Source of the DNA: an uncultured virus (IMG/VR IMGVR_UViG_3300046010_015841)
Lineage: Duplodnaviria > Heunggongvirae > Uroviricota > Caudoviricetes
DNA length: 64,000 nt
IMG/VR virus record: IMGVR_UViG_3300046010_015841
Strand: one strand, 5' to 3'
The stretch's first letter is position 1; each line of letters begins with the position of its first letter. Positions 19,760-29,631 of this stretch are shown one piece after another. The position numbers were made by a program, and so were the translations under genes. A model generated the notes under the pieces. That model did not search any database. It saw only the letters and a program-made list of their open reading frames with translations, and was not told where the DNA came from.

Positions 19760-21124
19760 TTATTTAATGTTTGCAAGTTTCTGCATACGAGCAATCCATT
19801 GGTTGCTCTCAACAATTTGTTGAGATTTTTCTGCAACACCAGCTGCTTTAGATGCAAATCCTAAAGATTCTTTGATTTGGGCTTTTTCAGCTTTAACTGC
19901 AAATGTTTCGTTTAATGATTCATAAACGAGTTTTGCTTCTTTAGCTGATTCAGCTTTATCAAAAGCTTGTACAACCTTAATTTTCTGAGACTCTGTTAAG
20001 TTTTTAGCTTTGAAGAGCTTATTAACGTAAAGTAATTTAGCGTTTAATAAGTTTACTTCTTGAAGTTCTTGACGAAGAGTTTGAATAGTAGAAATTGCTT
20101 CTTCAAGTTCAGCTTCAGCAATACCAGTAGTTTTACTTGCAACTACAGCACCACCTTTGCTTACAATACACTTTTGGAAAGCAGACATACGCTTGTCTGA
20201 AAGGAATCCCTGTTTTGGAACTTCTTTCGTAGCTTGTTCTCTACATGCTTTAACATCATCAGCAGTTAACTTCTTAGATGAAGTGCTGTATGAGCTAGCA
20301 ACGGCAGAATCGTACTTGTCAGAAAGCCAGTTTGAAGCATCTTTAAAGAAATCTTTAAGACCTTCGTCTAAATTTTTCTTTTTGTAATCTTCAACACCTT
20401 CTTCTTCAGCAGTGTCTTTTTTGTCGCCACGCTTGTCAGCAGGTACATCGCCTTTGTTTCCACCATACTTTTTTCTCTCTTCAAGAGAATCTTCTTCACC
20501 TAATAACTCAGCTAGAATTTCTTCTAAATTAACTTCATCATCAGTTGTGTCAGGCAATTCAGCGTCTACATCAACGTCAGCATCAACGTCAACATCTTCG
20601 CCATCAGGCCCCATTTCTTGAGAAACTATGTCGCGGATTAGTTCCTCTAATTCATCCATAGAAAGTTCAGATACTTCTTTATCTTCCTCTTTTTCTTCTT
20701 CTTCATCAGATTCTTCGTCTTCAACGTCTTCTTCAGCTTCGATTTCTTCTTCTTCTTTAGCTTCTTTAAGATCGTCTTTTTTCTCAGACAATTCTTCATC
20801 TAATTCGGCAAGAATTTCATCAAGGTTGATTTCTTCGAGACTATTATCGTCATCGTCGAATTTTTCCATATCTGTCATTTCTTCCATTTTTTCTTTGGCC
20901 TCTTTAGCTTTAGCTTCTTCAACTGCATCTGCATCATCCATCATCTCTTCCATTGGCTTTTTTTCTTCGTCTTCATCCATAGCTTCTGCTAATTTAGCAG
21001 CAAACATAGATTGTAAACGTGGAGTAAAAGCCTCTTCGAGAGCAAGTTTGGCTTGAGCAAGAGCAGTTTCGCGTACAGCTTTAGCGTCAGCAATGGCCTC
21101 CTTTAAAAGGTCTTTTGTGTTCAT
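19760..21124 (-). CDS. Prohead core/scaffolding protein
   Basis: Highly acidic coiled coil between protease and capsid genes, with many (L/I/M/V)xE sites; ends RMQKLANIK. Confidence 0.75.
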   Translation of the reverse strand: MNTKDLLKEAIADAKAVRETALAQAKLALEEAFTPRLQSMFAAKLAEAMDEDEEKKPMEEMMDDADAVEEAKAKEAKEKMEEMTDMEKFDDDDNSLEEINLDEILAELDEELSEKKDDLKEAKEEEEIEAEEDVEDEESDEEEEKEEDKEVSELSMDELEELIRDIVSQEMGPDGEDVDVDADVDVDAELPDTTDDEVNLEEILAELLGEEDSLEERKKYGGNKGDVPADKRGDKKDTAEEEGVEDYKKKNLDEGLKDFFKDASNWLSDKYDSAVASSYSTSSKKLTADDVKACREQATKEVPKQGFLSDKRMSAFQKCIVSKGGAVVASKTTGIAEAELEEAISTIQTLRQELQEVNLLNAKLLYVNKLFKAKNLTESQKIKVVQAFDKAESAKEAKLVYESLNETFAVKAEKAQIKESLGFASKAAGVAEKSQQIVESNQWIARMQKLANIK

Positions 21125-21150
21125 TTTTCCTTAAATTTAAATTTCGGAAG

Positions 21151-21230
21151 TAAGCTTATTGTAGAAAAGCTTAATGGGGGTTAATTATTCGTGACGGAGC
21201 TATAAAATAGAGTGGGATAGCTCATTAGTC
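21151..21230 (-). promoter_or_regulatory. Two-hairpin 5' leader of the scaffold-capsid operon
   Basis: Stems GAC..GAGCUAU/AUAGCUC.GUC and UAAGCUU/AAGCUUA between the late motif and the ATG. Confidence 0.4.
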
Positions 21231-21233
21231 GTA

Positions 21234-21242
21234 CATAAATAT
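21234..21242 (-). promoter_or_regulatory. Putative late promoter motif
   Basis: ATATTTATG upstream of scaffold and capsid genes. Confidence 0.6.
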
Positions 21243-21254
21243 ATGTAGAGATAC

Positions 21255-21284
21255 AAAAACCACATCTTTGATGTGGTTCTTTTT
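21255..21284 (-). terminator. Intrinsic terminator, possibly bidirectional
   Basis: AACCACATC-AAA-GATGTGGTT with T tracts on both strands. Confidence 0.7.
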
Positions 21285-21288
21285 ATTT

Positions 21289-21417
21289 TTATCGTCCTTG
21301 TCCTCGGTATGCAGAAACCTTTTTATCTTTTGGGCCACGAGATTTAGCTGCTTTGCCTCCTTTACGTTTTCCAAATGTAACTTTTCTGGAATCACCTTTT
21401 GATGAACCTTTTGCCAT
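21289..21417 (-). CDS. 42-aa very basic protein ending YRGQGR (absent from ORF track)
   Basis: MAKGSSKGDSRKVTFGKRKGGKAAKSRGPKDKKVSAYRGQGR*; fills the gap between the upstream stop and the terminator. Confidence 0.7.
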   Translation of the reverse strand: MAKGSSKGDSRKVTFGKRKGGKAAKSRGPKDKKVSAYRGQGR

Positions 21418-21426
21418 GACTTTTAA

Positions 21427-21798
21427 TTATTGTAAATTAACCAATTTATATTTTGTAGAATAAAGTAGATTTACTACGTTATCTATTTCATTTTGAATAA
21501 AACTATCAGATAAGTTTGGTGCTTGTCTTAAAGTGCACACAATAGAAATTAATTTTTCAAAATATTTTACAATATTTGATACATCACAATTGTTATCTAA
21601 ACCAGCTACTGGTCTAAATTGGATTAAACCATATTTTCCTTGGTAGGATTCAACTAATCCATCAATTAAATCAACTATTTCATCATAATATTTGTTTAAT
21701 GCTTTATGAGCAGAATAGGCACCCGGACCATTTACACCTAAGTGGAAAACGTGTGCTTGAGTTCTTGAATGCATTAAAATTGATGCTAATTCTTCCAT
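21427..21798 (-). CDS. Ferritin/Dps-like four-helix protein (DUF5856-like)
   Basis: HVFHL, HKALNKYYDEI..LID.LVESYQG, a Dps-like H...H...D...E pattern. Confidence 0.65.
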   Translation of the reverse strand: MEELASILMHSRTQAHVFHLGVNGPGAYSAHKALNKYYDEIVDLIDGLVESYQGKYGLIQFRPVAGLDNNCDVSNIVKYFEKLISIVCTLRQAPNLSDSFIQNEIDNVVNLLYSTKYKLVNLQ

Positions 21799-21810
21799 TG
21801 TTGTGTTGTT

Positions 21811-22452
21811 TTAATAGCCAGGTAATTCACAAGTACAGAAACCAGCGCGATTGCAAAGAATTTCTGTTACAAGTTCGTTAACTTTGTCTAATTTATATTG
21901 TTGTTCTTTAGTATATTGATTGTATTGTTTAGATTCGCTAACAATTTCCATAAAAGCACCTTGTGTTGATGGAGTTGACACGAAATCCCAACAAAGTAAT
22001 TCAAAATCTGGTTGTACTTCAACAGTTTCACCAATTTGTTTTACAGAGCCCATACCACGTGATGAAATACCTACAGTAATACCAGCAACTAATAATGCTT
22101 TTAAAATATTTCCTGAAGGTGTAGGTAAAATTTCAATTTTTCCCATTACATCATCACCATCCCACCATAAAGATTTGATATTATGGCATACATTTTTTAA
22201 GTTAATAATTGGAGATTCTGGATGGTCCAACTCTCCCAATGCTCTATTTTCTTTAATGTATGTGTCTTTGTATTTTTGTACTTCTCTTTCAAGAGTATCT
22301 TTAGGGTATACACGACCATTGCCGTTTTTTGCTTCAGCACGTTGTACTAAACCTTGAACAATAAGACGTCCACCGTTATTTTTAACGGATTCCTCCAATA
22401 AAGTTGGAGTAATATTAAAATTAGTAATACGTTCTATTAATAGCTCTTTCAT
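21811..22452 (-). CDS. gp21: Prohead maturation protease, T4 gp21-like
   Basis: NGNGRVYP, ALGELDHP, PTPSG, GISSRGMGS, WDFVSTPS. Confidence 0.93.
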   Translation of the reverse strand: MKELLIERITNFNITPTLLEESVKNNGGRLIVQGLVQRAEAKNGNGRVYPKDTLEREVQKYKDTYIKENRALGELDHPESPIINLKNVCHNIKSLWWDGDDVMGKIEILPTPSGNILKALLVAGITVGISSRGMGSVKQIGETVEVQPDFELLCWDFVSTPSTQGAFMEIVSESKQYNQYTKEQQYKLDKVNELVTEILCNRAGFCTCELPGY

Positions 22453-23579
22453 TATTTAATATTATATCCTTGTTTTTTTAATTCAGCTACAGCACCATCA
22501 ATAATAGCTTCAAATTGATCATCGCTATAACGATGTCCTATTTTATCTTGAAAATTATTTAATTCATCTTCTATGTCTTTGGCATTAAATTCTAAATTAA
22601 GATCATTAGATTCAATGTCATTAATTATAGCTTTTACAATCATGTCTATAACACCTGGTACAGATGGAGCTTCATCACTTTCATCTCCTTCTTCATATTC
22701 ATTTATGAAATCATGAAGCATTTCTTTAATTTTATCTTTCAATTTGTTAGCAGATTCACCAGGAGCACTAGCACCTGCAGAGCGAAATTGGCCTAAAAAA
22801 TCTTTAATTTTATCTTGTGCTTGAGGAGACATTTTTACACTAGTTCCAGGAACTAATGATGGAGATTTATCTTTTTTTTTGTCGTCTTCAGTTTCTTTTA
22901 ATGGCTTTCCTAATACTAAAGCATCTAATTCAGAATAGTCACCAGTTGACATTCCTTTTTTTGCAGCAGATTTGATACTACTAGCACTACCCGCTTCAAA
23001 TATAGGAGCTGTAAATAAAGCTACAGCTATATCTTGCTCAGAAACACCTAATGCTTTAGCAACATCAGAAAATGTAGTTTGGGGATTTTTCCCAAACATT
23101 TCGTTGTATTTGTCTTGAATTTGTTTAGGAGTAACGTTAGCTTCAGTTAAGTTTTTTTTTGACTCTTTAACGATACGAACTTTCTTCATCTCGTTTTTAG
23201 TGTCATTAGGTTTGATTGGTTCTAAACCATCAGGCCTATTTTTACTCTTAATTGGCTTACTAACTTCCTCTTTAGGAATATCTGTTACAGTAGTAGCAGG
23301 ATAAATACCATCTTGTTCATCAACTTCTGGCTCTTGTACAACTTTCTTGTACTTAGCTGGTTGTGTTGGGTAGTCATATGATGGAGCTTTATCAGGAGTA
23401 CCCTTTACAGCATCACCTTCGTTTAGTAATCCTTTATTTTTAAGGATTTTAACGGAGTCATCAAATGAATTATGGTTAGTTACAAAGTTAGGGAACATCA
23501 TTCTTGCATTGCGCAAAAATTGATGTCTATTTATTTTACCCTCTTTTAATTCTTGGTATTGTACGCTAATACTTTTCAT
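22452..23579 (-). CDS. Multidomain hypothetical head-region protein with HTH-like segment
   Basis: TFSDVAKALGVSEQDI; several (L/I/V)xE sites. Confidence 0.55.
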   Translation of the reverse strand: MKSISVQYQELKEGKINRHQFLRNARMMFPNFVTNHNSFDDSVKILKNKGLLNEGDAVKGTPDKAPSYDYPTQPAKYKKVVQEPEVDEQDGIYPATTVTDIPKEEVSKPIKSKNRPDGLEPIKPNDTKNEMKKVRIVKESKKNLTEANVTPKQIQDKYNEMFGKNPQTTFSDVAKALGVSEQDIAVALFTAPIFEAGSASSIKSAAKKGMSTGDYSELDALVLGKPLKETEDDKKKDKSPSLVPGTSVKMSPQAQDKIKDFLGQFRSAGASAPGESANKLKDKIKEMLHDFINEYEEGDESDEAPSVPGVIDMIVKAIINDIESNDLNLEFNAKDIEDELNNFQDKIGHRYSDDQFEAIIDGAVAELKKQGYNIK

Positions 23580-24079
23580 TATTCTTCGGTTTTTTCTTCT
23601 TTACCAACTAATTTTTCCAAAATGTCAGCTAAATCTTCTCTCATTTTGTCAGTAGGGAATACAGTAGCGTATGATTTTGGGTTTTTCTTATAAAATTGTT
23701 CGGTTTGCTTTTTAGCTTTTGGTAAAGCTGCTTTAATTTTTGCAGCCATATCCATAAGTTCTTCAAAAGCAGCAATTCTTTTTTCTTGAAGTTTTTCTCT
23801 TTCTTCAACTTTTTTAGAATCTTCTTCTTTTTCTTCAGCTAAAGATGCTAAAATATCTTCAAGTTGTAAAGATTCAGCTTCAGTTTTTAACATTCTTTCG
23901 TACGTCATTTTCATTTCACGATATCCCTTCATTAACTCAGCAATATCAGTTTTATGAGCACTAGCTACGCTATCGTCAGAGTTTTTAGCTTCAGATACAC
24001 GATACTTGATTTCATCACCAAGTTCGTCAAGTTTTCTCTTAAGCTCTTCTTTACTTAATACTCTTTTATCGTCTTTCAT
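23579..24079 (-). CDS. Hypothetical coiled-coil protein
   Basis: E/K-rich ORF, translationally coupled to the next gene. Confidence 0.6.
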   Translation of the reverse strand: MKDDKRVLSKEELKRKLDELGDEIKYRVSEAKNSDDSVASAHKTDIAELMKGYREMKMTYERMLKTEAESLQLEDILASLAEEKEEDSKKVEEREKLQEKRIAAFEELMDMAAKIKAALPKAKKQTEQFYKKNPKSYATVFPTDKMREDLADILEKLVGKEEKTEE

Positions 24080-24092
24080 ATAATTATTTTAA

Positions 24093-24464
24093 TTAAATAT
24101 TATACCAAATAGCAACCATTTTTTTACCTGCTAAATTAAAAAATTCAGGATCATTTTCTTCCTCATAAAAGCTAGGATCTTTGTCTACATCTTCAGCAAA
24201 TCTAAAAGATACACCTATTTCTTTGTCTGGTGTTGCATCAAAATTTCCATCCTCTGTAAATCCTTGAACACTATTAACTAAATTTTTTCTTTTTTCAGCT
24301 TCCTCTGGTTTTAATCCATCAAATACTAAGTGATTAATCATGTATTTTTTAACTTCATCTATATTGCTATTCAAAAAATTAATTACCGGTTGACCAGTTT
24401 CTTCTTTTAAAATACCAGCTAATTGCTGCATTCTTTTAGCTTCTTTAATTAATTGTTTTTTCAT
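24093..24464 (-). CDS. Putative internal head protein (RMQxLAG N-terminal peptide)
   Basis: MKKQLIKEAKRMQQLAGILKE. Confidence 0.55.
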   Translation of the reverse strand: MKKQLIKEAKRMQQLAGILKEETGQPVINFLNSNIDEVKKYMINHLVFDGLKPEEAEKRKNLVNSVQGFTEDGNFDATPDKEIGVSFRFAEDVDKDPSFYEEENDPEFFNLAGKKMVAIWYNI

Positions 24465-24478
24465 TGTGATTTATTTTT

Positions 24479-25051
24479 TTATTGTGATAAGTTTCTGATT
24501 TTGTTTGATAATGAGTTTAATCTTTCAGATAAAGCACTTAATTGGTTTGTTTTAGATACCCAAAATGATTCGTTTTTTACAACGTTTTCAGTTTTTAATC
24601 TATTTGAATATTCAATTACTTGCTCAATTTCTCTAATGCGTTTTGCTACTTCTTGTAATGCACGAGCAATTTTTCTTTCAGTTGTAACTTTAGAAACATT
24701 TTCGCTAAAACGACGATATGAAATCTCGTTTATTTGTTCTTGATCTTCTTTATACAACTTGAATGTTTTTGGTTTTGGTGTTGAAGGAAATTGCTTATAA
24801 TCAAACATTTTAGAATCTGATGGCATTCCTTCTTTAGCTGGTGTGAAACCATCTTTGGTATATGTACTAATATTGGCTTTTCCTGCAGCTAATGTTGGTG
24901 TTTTACCTTCTGATTTTTCTCGTTTTTTAAGAAAATACTTACCAGTGTATTCACCACCAGCGCTAGCAGTAGTAGATGTAGCACCATCCATTTCCTCTAA
25001 ATTCTGCTTAATTAACTCGTCAATATATTTTTTTAATGCTTCAGGTATCAT
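24479..25051 (-). CDS. Hypothetical head-region protein
   Basis: 190-aa ORF with LEE and INE sites and a C-terminal coiled coil. Confidence 0.55.
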   Translation of the reverse strand: MIPEALKKYIDELIKQNLEEMDGATSTTASAGGEYTGKYFLKKREKSEGKTPTLAAGKANISTYTKDGFTPAKEGMPSDSKMFDYKQFPSTPKPKTFKLYKEDQEQINEISYRRFSENVSKVTTERKIARALQEVAKRIREIEQVIEYSNRLKTENVVKNESFWVSKTNQLSALSERLNSLSNKIRNLSQ

Positions 25052-25899
25052 AGTGATTTAATTTCATGAATTAGTTCATGGAATTGAAGTAAATTTAAAA
25101 TATCTTCATCTTTAACTGATTCATTTTTGTCAATTGGCTTAATAATTGATTGTAATTCTTTAAGCTTAATTTGAGTTCTTTGATCAACTACTTTATCAGT
25201 CAATTCAGTTAATGTATTTTTAATATTTGCAAAGCTTTCATTTACGTAATCACGTAAAGATACAGTATTAGAAATCTTATTAATGTAGATTTTTAATACA
25301 TCACGCTGTTCAGGCAATAAATTTGCGTATTTTTCGTTAAATTTCTCAATCATTATTTTAGAAATCAACGCACGCGTATTTTTGTCTTGAGAAGCATATT
25401 CAGTCATTACTTGATCTTCAACTTTATTTTTGTCTACGTTTTGTTTTGTCAAAAACTCAAGTAAAGTTATTTTATTTTCAATAACAAATGTAGGTTCTAT
25501 AAATTCAGTTGATAATTGTGCCTCGATCAAGTTATAAACCGCAGCGTATGCTTTATAATTATGTATTTTTGCTTTGAAAAATTCTTCTAAATCGTAATGT
25601 TTCTTAATCTCTTTAATTAAGTTGTACTTTTCTTTGCGCAATGATGTACGATTCAAACGTTCAGACAACTTAATAGTAGAACTAAGTATAGTTTCAGCTT
25701 TAATTTCACTTAAAGCATTAGCTTTAGTTAAAGCTTGATACAACTTATATTCTTTAGCAAGTTCTCCACGCGAAAAATAACTTTTTACGATATCAACAGC
25801 GGATGACTCTTTGTTAGACATGATGTCAGCTGTGATTTGCCTGGTAAGAAGTTCAAATAAAATACCAGTATTTTTAAATTTGTTATGCTTTAGTTTCAC
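25048..25899 (-). CDS. Hypothetical helical head-assembly protein (GTG start)
   Basis: Directly follows the portal gene; late motif upstream. Confidence 0.6.
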   Translation of the reverse strand: MKLKHNKFKNTGILFELLTRQITADIMSNKESSAVDIVKSYFSRGELAKEYKLYQALTKANALSEIKAETILSSTIKLSERLNRTSLRKEKYNLIKEIKKHYDLEEFFKAKIHNYKAYAAVYNLIEAQLSTEFIEPTFVIENKITLLEFLTKQNVDKNKVEDQVMTEYASQDKNTRALISKIMIEKFNEKYANLLPEQRDVLKIYINKISNTVSLRDYVNESFANIKNTLTELTDKVVDQRTQIKLKELQSIIKPIDKNESVKDEDILNLLQFHELIHEIKSL

Positions 25900-25917
25900 A
25901 CTATAGATTTAACTAAT

Positions 25918-25926
25918 TATAAATAT
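25918..25926 (-). promoter_or_regulatory. Putative late promoter motif
   Basis: ATATTTATA. Confidence 0.6.
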
Positions 25927-25934
25927 GTATTTTA

Positions 25935-27797
25935 TTATATATCTTTAATATTTGATTCGTCGAGCAATGAATCTCCATTATCTTTTGCATTAAATACATT
26001 GGATTTTTTAAACATTTCTTGCAACATTTGCTTATTTTGCTCATATATTGCTCTAGTTCCCTCAAGTGCTAACGGAGAACCACCTTTTGGTTCAGGAGCT
26101 TTACCTTTATCTGGTTGTAAATCATATCCTTTTCCAAGTGGATCTTTACCAAGTATACGTTTTTGTGTATTGTATACTGATGTTTTTACTTGTGGTCTTC
26201 CAACAGGATTAGTTTCATCATATTCTGGTGGTACACCGGTTCCGTTACGTCCTTTGCCATAAAGCGAAGCTAAATCATGTGGTGTTCCATATGACTGACC
26301 ACTTGCAACTGGATCGTTACCTTCATTTTCAATCTGAGATAAACGGAACATGCGTTTTTTATCTTCAACAATTTGATCACGTAAGTCACTGTATTTGTCT
26401 TCGCTCATATGGAATAAGTAATCATAAACATAGTCTGATGGGAATAGACTAGCATCCATAATATTTTTAGCTAAATCAACTTTTTCCTTCATTAATGCTA
26501 CACGTTCTTGGTCGTATACAATTGATGGTGTTGTTAATTCAAGCTCAAAATTCGTTAAATTTTCATCAGTATAACCTTGCGCATATAAGTGTACTAAGGC
26601 TATTTTAGTTAATTCACTCACAACTATGCGCTGTATACGCTCAATTGTACGAGCGAAACGAATATCTTGTTGTGCTAATGTAGATTTACCTTCAACGTCA
26701 GCTTCGTATCCCAAGAATGCCTTAGGAACTTTCATAGCAGCTAACATTTTATCTCTTAAGTATACTACGTCTTCAATTGCATTATACTCAAGACCAGGTA
26801 ATGTATCAATTTTAGTACTTGTATTTCCACCTCTTACAGGTACATAGAAGTCTTCATTTACGTTCATCATGTTGTAACGTAAATTATATTCACCTGTTTT
26901 TGGATCAACAAATGGAGTACGTTGTGTTTGTGTTTTAAGTTTTTCCATGTATGTTGGGATTTCATTCGGTGGAATGTTACCCATATCAACATAGTAAACA
27001 CGACGTTGAGGTGCTCTTAAAATACGGTGAATCAACATTGCATCTTCCATCAATGCTAATTGCTTAAATATCTTACGAGCAGGTTCAATATATGAACGAC
27101 CATAAGGAAGAAAGTTATAGTCACCTAATAGTCTAAAGTTTGCCATTTCATAGTTTTCAAACTTAATACTATCATTATCTACTCCTGATACCATACCGGT
27201 ATATGAAGCATTTGGTGCTATTCTAAATTGTACGTAAGCTGGATTTTTAGGGTCAAGTCCTTCTTCTCTAATAACATTATAAACATTAAGAGGAATTACT
27301 TGATATACACCATATTTTTCTGAAATATGGAGGTGTAAATAGAAATCACCATACTTACACATTGAACGAACCCAACCCCATAAATTAAATTCAATATTTA
27401 ATATATCATAGAATAAATTATATAATATTCTTTGAATGTTTTCGTCAGGTGATTTGATAGCTAACACTTCACCTGCACCATTTTTAAGTGTAGATTCATC
27501 AGCTACAATATCTAATACAGATGCTACAATTGGATCACCATCCATTACTTCATAGTCGTTATACAACTGCGGTCTTATAACGGTGTAGTTAGAATAAGGA
27601 GCATTACCAACATAGGTACCTAAACCACCAGTGTATATACGCTGGTATCTTTCAGGGTACATATTGGTTTGTACAACTCCTGTTGATTGTATATGGTCAG
27701 TATCGATTACTGCTACCTGATTTCCACCAACATTGCGGATAATAACATCAGTTGAAAATAATCTTTTTAACCTACCAAATAAAGATGTGTCTATCAT
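25935..27797 (-). CDS. gp20: Portal protein, T4 gp20-like
   Basis: LMEDAMLIHRILRAPQRRVYYVDMGN, EDFYVPVRGG, IDTLPG, AMKVPKAFL. Start moved to MIDTSLF (27797). Confidence 0.93.
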   Translation of the reverse strand: MIDTSLFGRLKRLFSTDVIIRNVGGNQVAVIDTDHIQSTGVVQTNMYPERYQRIYTGGLGTYVGNAPYSNYTVIRPQLYNDYEVMDGDPIVASVLDIVADESTLKNGAGEVLAIKSPDENIQRILYNLFYDILNIEFNLWGWVRSMCKYGDFYLHLHISEKYGVYQVIPLNVYNVIREEGLDPKNPAYVQFRIAPNASYTGMVSGVDNDSIKFENYEMANFRLLGDYNFLPYGRSYIEPARKIFKQLALMEDAMLIHRILRAPQRRVYYVDMGNIPPNEIPTYMEKLKTQTQRTPFVDPKTGEYNLRYNMMNVNEDFYVPVRGGNTSTKIDTLPGLEYNAIEDVVYLRDKMLAAMKVPKAFLGYEADVEGKSTLAQQDIRFARTIERIQRIVVSELTKIALVHLYAQGYTDENLTNFELELTTPSIVYDQERVALMKEKVDLAKNIMDASLFPSDYVYDYLFHMSEDKYSDLRDQIVEDKKRMFRLSQIENEGNDPVASGQSYGTPHDLASLYGKGRNGTGVPPEYDETNPVGRPQVKTSVYNTQKRILGKDPLGKGYDLQPDKGKAPEPKGGSPLALEGTRAIYEQNKQMLQEMFKKSNVFNAKDNGDSLLDESNIKDI

Positions 27798-27800
27798 GTG

Positions 27801-27809
27801 TATAAATAT
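27801..27809 (-). promoter_or_regulatory. Putative late promoter motif
   Basis: ATATTTATA, 3 nt before the portal ATG. Confidence 0.6.
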
Positions 27810-27811
27810 TT

Positions 27812-29389
27812 TTACCTTATTAACCAAGTAATATCTTCATTACCATATTCTGTGGGCATTTGCCAAGGATTATTAGGACCATTGCCTCTAGCAGCATATG
27901 GATTCATAAAGCCTCGTTCTACTGAAAATCCAGTTAGTGAGGCTCTATCCTGCTCCATATTGTGCTTTCTAAATCTTAATGCAGTATCACGCAAGTAAAG
28001 ACCCATACTAAATGACATTACTAAGTCGTCATTATATCCATCTTGAGCTTGTGCTTTACTATTTTTCCAAATAAAAACCTTCATTTCTTCTATTAATCGT
28101 TTTGAGCGTATAGTACACGATTTTTCATGTGTATACTCTCTAAATTTTTCAATCATTAATGGTCTAGTTTTTACAGACGTTGTAAAACCAGCTATTAAAT
28201 TATTATTTCCATCCATTCTTCTAGCCCATTGATCAGAGGTTAAAGCATCTTGTTTTGGAGAATAATACAAATTCGCATATCCCCTATCAATTGCTGTTTG
28301 TACTGTATCCCAACCTACGTTAGCGTTTTCTATTGATAATAGAGCATCATTATATTCTGATGCTATTCCTACTAACATATGTCCGTAATCACGAGTACCA
28401 ATTTGTCCTCTATATTCTGCTACTTGTGTTGCTGTTTCAATATCAAACACATGACACGCAGAATAGTCTTTACCATCTCCTCTTGCTACGTCAGCTACTA
28501 CTAAATAACTTTTACTATAGTTTGGTTGTTCCCAAATCCACAAGTTACCATCTACTCCTCTTTTTTCAACTGGTTCTATTAAATTAGCTTCAAACCAACC
28601 TATAGTATCAGGTTCAAATACTGTATCACCTGAGGTTGCAAAATCGCAATCACATTCTTGTGCTGCCATTCTTAAACCTAAATCACTGTCCTGTCTAATT
28701 CTCCACTCCTGATTTCTTTCAGGGTGTACACTCCAAGGCAAACGAATAGGAACAAATGAATTGTCTCCAATTTCTGATTTTTGCCATGTTTGGTGGAACC
28801 AATTACCAGTACCATTAGGAGTAGATAATGCTATACATCCACCACCCGTAGCTAACGTTTGTTGAGCAGAAGCAAATATCTCTTCAATGTTTTCAATGAA
28901 CGCGGCCTCGTCTATTATTAGTAAAGATACAGCTTCAGATCTACCAGCATCACCAGCAGCAGAAACAGCTTTTACTTGAGAGCCATTTGCCAATTTAAGT
29001 AAGAGTTTGTTGTTCTCCAAAGGTTTCTCAGCTCCCTTTAACCATGAAGGTAAGTTATCATACATAAATCTTACCTTAGTAACCATGTTTTTGGCAGTAT
29101 CTTGTTTAGTTGCTATACACAACACGTTTTTGTCTTTATGGAACAACATCATCCATAAAGAGAAACCAGCTACAAGAGTAGAGATACCTAACTGACGAGA
29201 TTTAAGTACTATATTATAATTATTTTTCTGGAATTGGTATAGTACTTTTTCTTGGAAAGGATATAAATGGAATTGTATGCGACCCCTAGTTGGGTGTTGG
29301 ATCATACAATATTTTTTCATAAAGTGGGCAGGATCGGTCATGCACTTTACATACTCCTGCTTAATTATGTCTTTAATATTTTCGCTCAT
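27812..29389 (-). CDS. gp17: Terminase large subunit, T4 gp17-like
   Basis: LKSRQLGIST Walker A, IIDEAAF Walker B, STPNG, DVARGDGKDYS, DDLVMS. Confidence 0.95.
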   Translation of the reverse strand: MSENIKDIIKQEYVKCMTDPAHFMKKYCMIQHPTRGRIQFHLYPFQEKVLYQFQKNNYNIVLKSRQLGISTLVAGFSLWMMLFHKDKNVLCIATKQDTAKNMVTKVRFMYDNLPSWLKGAEKPLENNKLLLKLANGSQVKAVSAAGDAGRSEAVSLLIIDEAAFIENIEEIFASAQQTLATGGGCIALSTPNGTGNWFHQTWQKSEIGDNSFVPIRLPWSVHPERNQEWRIRQDSDLGLRMAAQECDCDFATSGDTVFEPDTIGWFEANLIEPVEKRGVDGNLWIWEQPNYSKSYLVVADVARGDGKDYSACHVFDIETATQVAEYRGQIGTRDYGHMLVGIASEYNDALLSIENANVGWDTVQTAIDRGYANLYYSPKQDALTSDQWARRMDGNNNLIAGFTTSVKTRPLMIEKFREYTHEKSCTIRSKRLIEEMKVFIWKNSKAQAQDGYNDDLVMSFSMGLYLRDTALRFRKHNMEQDRASLTGFSVERGFMNPYAARGNGPNNPWQMPTEYGNEDITWLIR

Positions 29390-29631
29390 TAACCGTTAAA
29401 TTTGATTCTTGAATATCTCGACAATAATATATAGGATAACCAAAAACAACCTGAAATGGAATAAAAGACGGCGTCCGCGGCCCAATAAGATCCAGTCAGG
29501 TCCATAATCAGCTTGAATAGGGCGTCGTAGCCAAGCGGCAGGAAGAACATAGCTAACATCAATGATAAGTTTTTGTATAGCTCTATTCGCTTCTTTTTTG
29601 ATTGTTTTAAATATTTTATTTTTCGAATCAC
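29389..29631 (-). CDS. Small two-TM membrane protein (holin-like candidate; GTG start)
   Basis: Basic N-terminus and two hydrophobic helices; its stop overlaps the terminase ATG (TAATG). Confidence 0.55.
   Translation of the reverse strand: MIRKIKYLKQSKKKRIELYKNLSLMLAMFFLPLGYDALFKLIMDLTGSYWAADAVFYSISGCFWLSYILLSRYSRIKFNG

Noticed and set aside
19735..19857. N-terminal extensions in the ORF track for the capsid gene (also portal, 42829, 43382, 2616, 13931)
   Set aside because: They overlap upstream genes, terminators or promoter motifs; downstream ATGs fit better.
19544..21056. Ser-rich plus-strand ORFs opposite the scaffold and capsid genes
   Set aside because: Antisense of Glu/Asp-rich codons.
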